From assembly GCA_030606485.1 (NCBI GenBank), contig JAUWGH010000008.1, positions 90,001-122,000 on the forward strand: DNA of 32,000 nt, in the 5' to 3' direction. A program made the position numbers and the translations under genes. The notes beneath the pieces are model-generated. The model did not search any database. It worked only from the letters and a program-made list of their open reading frames with translations, and had not been told where the DNA came from. Of this stretch, positions 27,188 through 32,000 are shown in pieces. Positions within the stretch are counted from its first letter, which is position 1. Each line of letters begins with the position of its first letter. Source of the stretch: Promethearchaeota archaeon. Its GTDB lineage: Archaea; Asgardarchaeota; Lokiarchaeia; Sigyniarchaeales; SOKP01.

Positions 27188-27586
27188 ATGGATCAAAATA
27201 TTAAAGATAAAACACAGGAAGAGTCACTCCGTTGGCATTGTATTCAGCATAAGGACACACAATATTGTCAAGATGAGTGTTATTTTCAAACTGCATTAAC
27301 TTTATTTGGAAAAAAGCATACATAAAGCATTATTCGATTGTTATTAATTCATGATAAATTACGTTTTAATGAGATATTAAAGGAATTATCTGCAAGTCCT
27401 AAAACACTTACTGAACGTCTAAAAGATCTTAAAAAACATGGCTTAATTGATAGAAAAGTATTTAATGAAATACCAATTAGGGTTGAATATTCTTTAACTA
27501 AGCATGGAAGATCGCTTGAAGATATATTTGAGCGAATTTCTATATGGTCAAAGAATGTTATGATGGAATCAAGGGCACAAAAATAA
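27188..27586 (+). pseudogene. HxlR/DUF24-family winged-helix regulator interrupted by an in-frame TAA
   Basis: ATG 27188 (AGGAG RBS) reads MDQN...CQDECYFQTALTLFGKKHT, then TAA 27323-27325, then in frame SIIRLLLIHDKLRFNEIL...ASPKTLTERLKDL...PIRVEYSLTKHG. The family motif C....AL..(I/F)G.KW.L.I crosses the stop. Confidence 0.75.
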
Positions 27587-27741
27587 ATCTTTTTTTTCTA
27601 AGTTAATCGTGATTTTTTCATTCAGTAAAATAAAATATTATATATTTTCCAAATCTCATATTTTAACAAACAAATTTATTTGAAAATAATGAATATTATA
27701 ATGTAGAATATGAATTTAAAATAAAAAATAAGAGGAATAAT

Positions 27742-28449
27742 TTGAGCTTATCAAATATTGGTTGGTTAAATGGTATAACAGCATCTGGAGTATTTATTTT
27801 TTCCTGTTTATTTGGATTATTTTTCATTTACAAATCTAGAAGATTAAAATTAAAATTGTTGTTATCTTTAGGTTTTGTTTATTTTTTTGCTGGACTCGTA
27901 TATTCAGGTGATGTACTTGATTTTATAACAATTCTCATAACTGGAAATAACGTAGATAATACGCATGGAATAATAGGATTAATCAATTGGATTTGGTTTC
28001 CCGGAGCAGTTGTATTTGCTATGTATATCGGTGCAGAATTAATCACGCCAAAGAAAAAATGGTTAATTTTTTCAATTTATCTTGCCTTGGGAATTATATT
28101 TGAGGTTTTTTTTCTATTAAATCCATCAGGAACGGTTACTTATGACAATCCAACATCTCCTGGAGAAGATCTCATAAATGATAATTTAGTGTTTGAATCA
28201 ATTCCTTCGATTATTGCATTAATTTTTCTTCTCTCAATAATATTATTTTTAGGCGTGGGATTTTTACATAAGTCATTCCAATCAACTGGTATAATAAGAA
28301 GAAAATTTTTATATTTATCCTTAGGATCTTTTGTATATGCCATCGGTGCCGTCTTGGATGGGTTATTTTCTCCGGGAATTATTTTAATTTTTATAAGATC
28401 TGCTATGATTGGAAGTTCTTGGTTATTCTATTACGGTTTAAAGGGTTAA
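27742..28449 (+). CDS. Hypothetical 7-TM membrane protein (sensor-domain-like, no output domain)
   Basis: 235 aa, TTG start with GAGGA RBS. Seven hydrophobic segments and one longer loop (NPSGT...DNL). Confidence 0.7.
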   Translation: MSLSNIGWLNGITASGVFIFSCLFGLFFIYKSRRLKLKLLLSLGFVYFFAGLVYSGDVLDFITILITGNNVDNTHGIIGLINWIWFPGAVVFAMYIGAELITPKKKWLIFSIYLALGIIFEVFFLLNPSGTVTYDNPTSPGEDLINDNLVFESIPSIIALIFLLSIILFLGVGFLHKSFQSTGIIRRKFLYLSLGSFVYAIGAVLDGLFSPGIILIFIRSAMIGSSWLFYYGLKG

Positions 28450-28512
28450 TTGATGATTTTAAAGCAAGGGAATTCAATTTTCTAAATATGGTATTACCTA
28501 ACAAATAATAGC

Positions 28513-28571
28513 AATTGAAAGAATCTAAAATTAGATTTGAGAAAAAAATTGAAAGAATTTTTAAAATTAGA
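28513..28571. repeat. Imperfect direct repeat AATTGAAAGAAT-(C/TTT)-TAAAATTAGA, 2 copies
   Basis: Copies at 28513-28535 and 28547-28571, upstream of the CoA-transferase-like operon. Confidence 0.4.
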
Positions 28572-28708
28572 AAGAATGAACGATTGGGAATCAATTGCCA
28601 TAAATTATAAGACAAGACAATATTACTAATTTTAATTTGAAAAACCATTATAAATTTTAAATATTAATTTTATACATACGATTACAATTCAATATAATTT
28701 CGTGATAA

Positions 28709-29572
28709 TTGATGGTTAATAGCAAATTAATGACATTGAAAGAAGCAATATCAATATATGTTCATGATGGCGATTTAATCGGGATTGGTGGTCTTTCTTT
28801 TTGGAGGAAACCAGCAAGTGCTTGTAGAGAAATAATTAGGCAAGAGAAAAAAGATCTTTCAATTTGCACTTTTGTTGGAGGGATTGAAGTTGATATGCTT
28901 ATAGGTGCCGAATGTGTTTCAGAAGTTAGAGCCTCATTTGTAGGAATGGAAGTTTTTGGAATGGCACCTCATTATAGAAAGGCTGTTGAGACGGGAAAAG
29001 TTAATATATCCGAAGAAAGTGAAGCCTCACTCGCCCTAGGGCTTAAATGCTCTTATTTAAAGGTACCCTTTATGCCCTTAAAAGGGATAATTGGAACGGA
29101 TTTTCCTAAAGTAAGAAAAGACATAAAACAATTTGAAGACCCTTTAGGTTCAGGCACCCAATTAATGGCATTACCTAAAATCGATCTAGATGTCGCTATT
29201 TTACATGTGCCATATGCTGATGAATTTGGAAATGGAAATATTGCTGGAGCTGTTTGGCTTGATGATGATATGGCAAAAACTGCTAAAAAAACAATCATAA
29301 TATGTGAAAATTTGGTCGAAACCGAAGATATTCGATATCTTCCCGGAAAAGCTCAATTACCCATGCAAACAACAGACGCTGTTGTGAAAATTCCATTTGG
29401 TGCTCATCCCACTTCGTGCTACAATCGCTACACATTCGATGCTCTACATATTCAAGAATATCTCAAAATGGAATTTGATGAATATAAACGCAAATTTATT
29501 GATGTTAAATCTCACGCGCAATACTTAGAAAATGCAGGGGGGGCACAGATGATTTTAAATATATTATTATAA
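28709..29572 (+). CDS. Family I CoA-transferase-like protein, subunit A (GctA/IpdA-like)
   Basis: 287 aa. MTLKEAI..YVHDGD.IGIGG...RKP, VPFMP, HVPYADEFGN, VVKIPFGAHPTSC. Confidence 0.85.
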   Translation: MMVNSKLMTLKEAISIYVHDGDLIGIGGLSFWRKPASACREIIRQEKKDLSICTFVGGIEVDMLIGAECVSEVRASFVGMEVFGMAPHYRKAVETGKVNISEESEASLALGLKCSYLKVPFMPLKGIIGTDFPKVRKDIKQFEDPLGSGTQLMALPKIDLDVAILHVPYADEFGNGNIAGAVWLDDDMAKTAKKTIIICENLVETEDIRYLPGKAQLPMQTTDAVVKIPFGAHPTSCYNRYTFDALHIQEYLKMEFDEYKRKFIDVKSHAQYLENAGGAQMILNILL

Positions 29573-29604
29573 TAAAATAAAAATAGAATAAATGGTGTAT
29601 ATGA

Positions 29605-30402
29605 TTGAATAAAACTGGTAAAAACAATAACACTTTAGAATTGATTAAGAACAGAAGGACTATTCGAACATATGATCCTAAACCACTTACTCAAGAAGAA
29701 ATTAATATGATTATATATGGAGCAATGAGAGCTCCTACAGCAGGTAACATGATGTTCTATTCCATTATTCAAGTAACTGATCAAAAAATGAAAGATAAAT
29801 TGGCAATAACATGTGATAATCAGCCCCATATCGCAAAAGCTCCCTTGGTTTTGATTTTTCTAGCTGATATGCAACGATGGTGGGATTATTTCAAAATCTG
29901 TAAAACACGAGAATTATGCGATGAAATTGGCGTAGAATTTCAAACACCACAGGAATCTGATCTACTACTTGCCTGTTGTGATGCATTAATAGCAGCTCAA
30001 AATGCTGTTATAACAGCGGAGGCTTTAGGAATCGGTTCATGTTATATTGGAGATATTGTTGAAAATATTGAAATTCATCGTAAAATGTTTAATCTTACTC
30101 GATGGGTATTTCCTATAATAATGGTCTGTTTTGGGTACCCAAAAGGCAATAAGGAAAAGATTCCTTTAACACCCAGATTTTCTCAAAAATTTATCCATTT
30201 TACCAACAAGTACAATAGATTAAATGAGCAAGATTTTACTGAAATGTTTCAAAATGTGAAGAGAAGTTATGATGTAAAACAAGCTAAGAATTTAGGCCAA
30301 AAATTTTATTTTGCAAAGTTAGCGGCGGATTATTCTATGGAAATGCGACGATCAGTTAAAGTAGCCATTAAAGATTGGAGTATGAAAAATAATAATATAT
30401 AA
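29605..30402 (+). CDS. Nitroreductase/NADPH-flavin oxidoreductase family (NfrA/Frp-like)
   Basis: 265 aa. RRTIRTY, APTAGNM..YSII, NQPHIAKAP..LIFLAD, DALIAAQN...AEALGIGSCYIG. Confidence 0.88.
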   Translation: MNKTGKNNNTLELIKNRRTIRTYDPKPLTQEEINMIIYGAMRAPTAGNMMFYSIIQVTDQKMKDKLAITCDNQPHIAKAPLVLIFLADMQRWWDYFKICKTRELCDEIGVEFQTPQESDLLLACCDALIAAQNAVITAEALGIGSCYIGDIVENIEIHRKMFNLTRWVFPIIMVCFGYPKGNKEKIPLTPRFSQKFIHFTNKYNRLNEQDFTEMFQNVKRSYDVKQAKNLGQKFYFAKLAADYSMEMRRSVKVAIKDWSMKNNNI

Positions 30403-30443
30403 ATTAAATTTCTGAAAATATTTAATAAAAGAGGGATAAAAGA

Positions 30444-31325
30444 ATGAGTGAATATTCAAAAGATTATACGATTGGTGAGATGATAACTGTTTTAATGGCA
30501 AGGGAAGTTAGAAATGATGATGTTATGATTGTTGGAGTTGCTACACCTTGTGTATGGGCAGCATTTACACTGGCAAAATTAACACATGCTCCAGATGCTA
30601 TTTATCATTATATCATGGGAAATACTTTTGTTTTTGAACCTCGTCAAGTTTCATTACTTTATTTAGAGATGAATACAGCAAGAGCATATAGATTTCAAAA
30701 TACAGGTGAATGTACTCTGGAAAGCTTACCTTCTGATAAACTTACTACAATAGAGTTCTTTAGACCTGCTCAAATTGACCAATATGGAAATACAAACAAT
30801 GTTTGCATTGGTGATTGGAATAGACCAAAGATTAGACTTCCTGGATGCGCAGGCATAGCTGACTTTAGCATGTTTTATTCTCGTGGCTCTTTCCTCTACA
30901 CACCAAGACATGATACGCGAACTTTCGTTCCAATAGAGAAACTTTACTTTATCTCGGGAGTTGGTTTCCCTAACGGAAAGCCAAGCATTTGTGGTGGTGC
31001 TGGACCCCAATGTGTAATAACTAATTTAGCGTATTTAAATTTTGATGGAAAGGTTAAGCGGATGAAAATCGCATCAATTCATCCTGGCATAGACATTGAG
31101 ACCATAAAAAATTCTACTGGTTTTGATTTAATCATTCCTGATAATTTGAAAGAAACGAAACCGCCTACTGTAAAAGAAATAAAACTTTTGAGAGAAAAAG
31201 TAGATCCATTAGGCATAAGGAAGTTAGAAATTTTCTCAGGTAAGGAACGAGAAGAATTGTTAGATGTGATTATAGAAAAAGAATTAGCAATGAAAAAAAG
31301 GTTTCCAAAATTACTTAATAATTAA
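30444..31325 (+). CDS. Family I CoA-transferase-like protein, subunit B (GctB/IpdB-like), canonical catalytic Glu apparently absent
   Basis: 293 aa. EM....AREV, AKLTHAPD, AQIDQYGNTN, RP..RLPG, ITNLAYLNFD, SIHPG..IE.I..STGF, DPLG.R. Confidence 0.85.
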   Translation: MSEYSKDYTIGEMITVLMAREVRNDDVMIVGVATPCVWAAFTLAKLTHAPDAIYHYIMGNTFVFEPRQVSLLYLEMNTARAYRFQNTGECTLESLPSDKLTTIEFFRPAQIDQYGNTNNVCIGDWNRPKIRLPGCAGIADFSMFYSRGSFLYTPRHDTRTFVPIEKLYFISGVGFPNGKPSICGGAGPQCVITNLAYLNFDGKVKRMKIASIHPGIDIETIKNSTGFDLIIPDNLKETKPPTVKEIKLLREKVDPLGIRKLEIFSGKEREELLDVIIEKELAMKKRFPKLLNN

Positions 31326-31625
31326 TTTTAATATCTCCACTATTTAGAGGATAAATTCATTTTTCCAGCACTTAAATAAATCAAGTTCGAAATTTTGAGT
31401 GGGATATAAAAATGGTTTTTTTTTAGCGCGTTTAATTTTGTCTCCACAAAAAAGCATAGTATGCATTTGAGAAGGGGGGTATGAATGGGAAAGAAAGGAG
31501 GAGAAAAAACCCATAATGAGGTTGTCTTTAATGAATGTCAAATATGTCTTATATTTGAAAAAAAAATCCAAAAAAAAAAAGGTAATTTAAAGAAAGTATA
31601 AGTTAAAAAAAACGCAATTTTTCAC

Positions 31626-31976
31626 TTATTTTTTTCTTTTGAATATCAAAAGGCCTATAGCCATGATACCGCCAATTATAATCCAGATTATAACAACCCA
31701 GATCCAGGCTAATTTATCACCTGGGATGTAAGGATAAAAAATCCATATAATTACCAGAATAACTGCCCAAATAACTCCAATTATTATTGTATTTTTTTTA
31801 CTTTCGCTCATGAATAATATTGTCCCCATGACACCGCCAATTATGCTCCAAATTATTGCCAACCACATCCAAAAAAATATATCCCCAGGAAAGAAAGGAA
31901 AGGAAACCCACAAAAATACTAAAATGACTACCCAAATAATTTCGATTATTTTTTTTGTTTTTTCTGTATCTCCCAT
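31626..31976 (-). CDS. Hypothetical 4-TM membrane protein built from two internal repeats
   Basis: 116 aa from ATG 31976 (GGTGA RBS 8 nt upstream; the track starts at TTG 31991). Two similar halves: IIWxVILVxxW..PxxPGD..W.W..IIWxIIGGxM. Confidence 0.65.
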   Translation of the reverse strand: MGDTEKTKKIIEIIWVVILVFLWVSFPFFPGDIFFWMWLAIIWSIIGGVMGTILFMSESKKNTIIIGVIWAVILVIIWIFYPYIPGDKLAWIWVVIIWIIIGGIMAIGLLIFKRKK

Positions 31977-32000
31977 TATATGTATCACCAAATGAATAAT

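Noticed and set aside
27323-27325. Recoded stop (Sec/Pyl) in the HxlR-like gene
   Set aside because: The codon is TAA and the aligned position is hydrophobic, not Cys or Lys. A nonsense change or assembly error is simpler.
28513-28571. Direct repeats as a CRISPR remnant
   Set aside because: Only two imperfect AT-rich copies 11 nt apart and no cas genes. Kept only as a low-confidence repeat.
1440-31995. Short track ORFs antisense to or overlapping real genes (e.g. 1440-1643, 2256-2474, 3932-4234, 7933-8145, 9515-9751, 14650-14862, 21658-21888, 25325-25684, 28403-28648, 31344-31571, 31810-31995)
   Set aside because: Shadow frames with no family motifs, overlapping better-supported genes or made of low-complexity intergenic sequence.

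Overview
AT-rich archaeal chromosomal window, most likely from an Asgard (Lokiarchaeia-like) archaeon. This assignment is inferred from the ether-lipid genes, the multi-Sec HdrA/VhuD and a eukaryote-like SECIS. I call 30 coding regions: transport, an ether-lipid cluster (GGGP synthase, DGGGP synthase, geranylgeranyl reductase), acyl-CoA/organic-acid catabolism, redox proteins and a bacterial-type GAPDH. The ORF track misses the main features: (1) a full-length hdrA (14333-16261) with three in-frame TGA codons and an unlisted vhuD/mvhD (16280-16708) with two, all at conserved Cys positions, followed by one eukaryote-type SECIS that overlaps the vhuD stop codon; (2) a box C/D guide sRNA on the minus strand (20300-20370) whose D guide points at the SSU rRNA decoding-site position 1402 but predicts U there instead of the near-universal C; (3) a CoA-transferase-like pair that appears to lack the catalytic glutamate and resembles IpdAB-type hydrolases; (4) a 52-aa Cys/His microprotein opposite an HxlR regulator broken by TAA. 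I found no tRNA, rRNA, CRISPR array or mobile element. All homology calls are from motif recognition by eye; no database searches were run.
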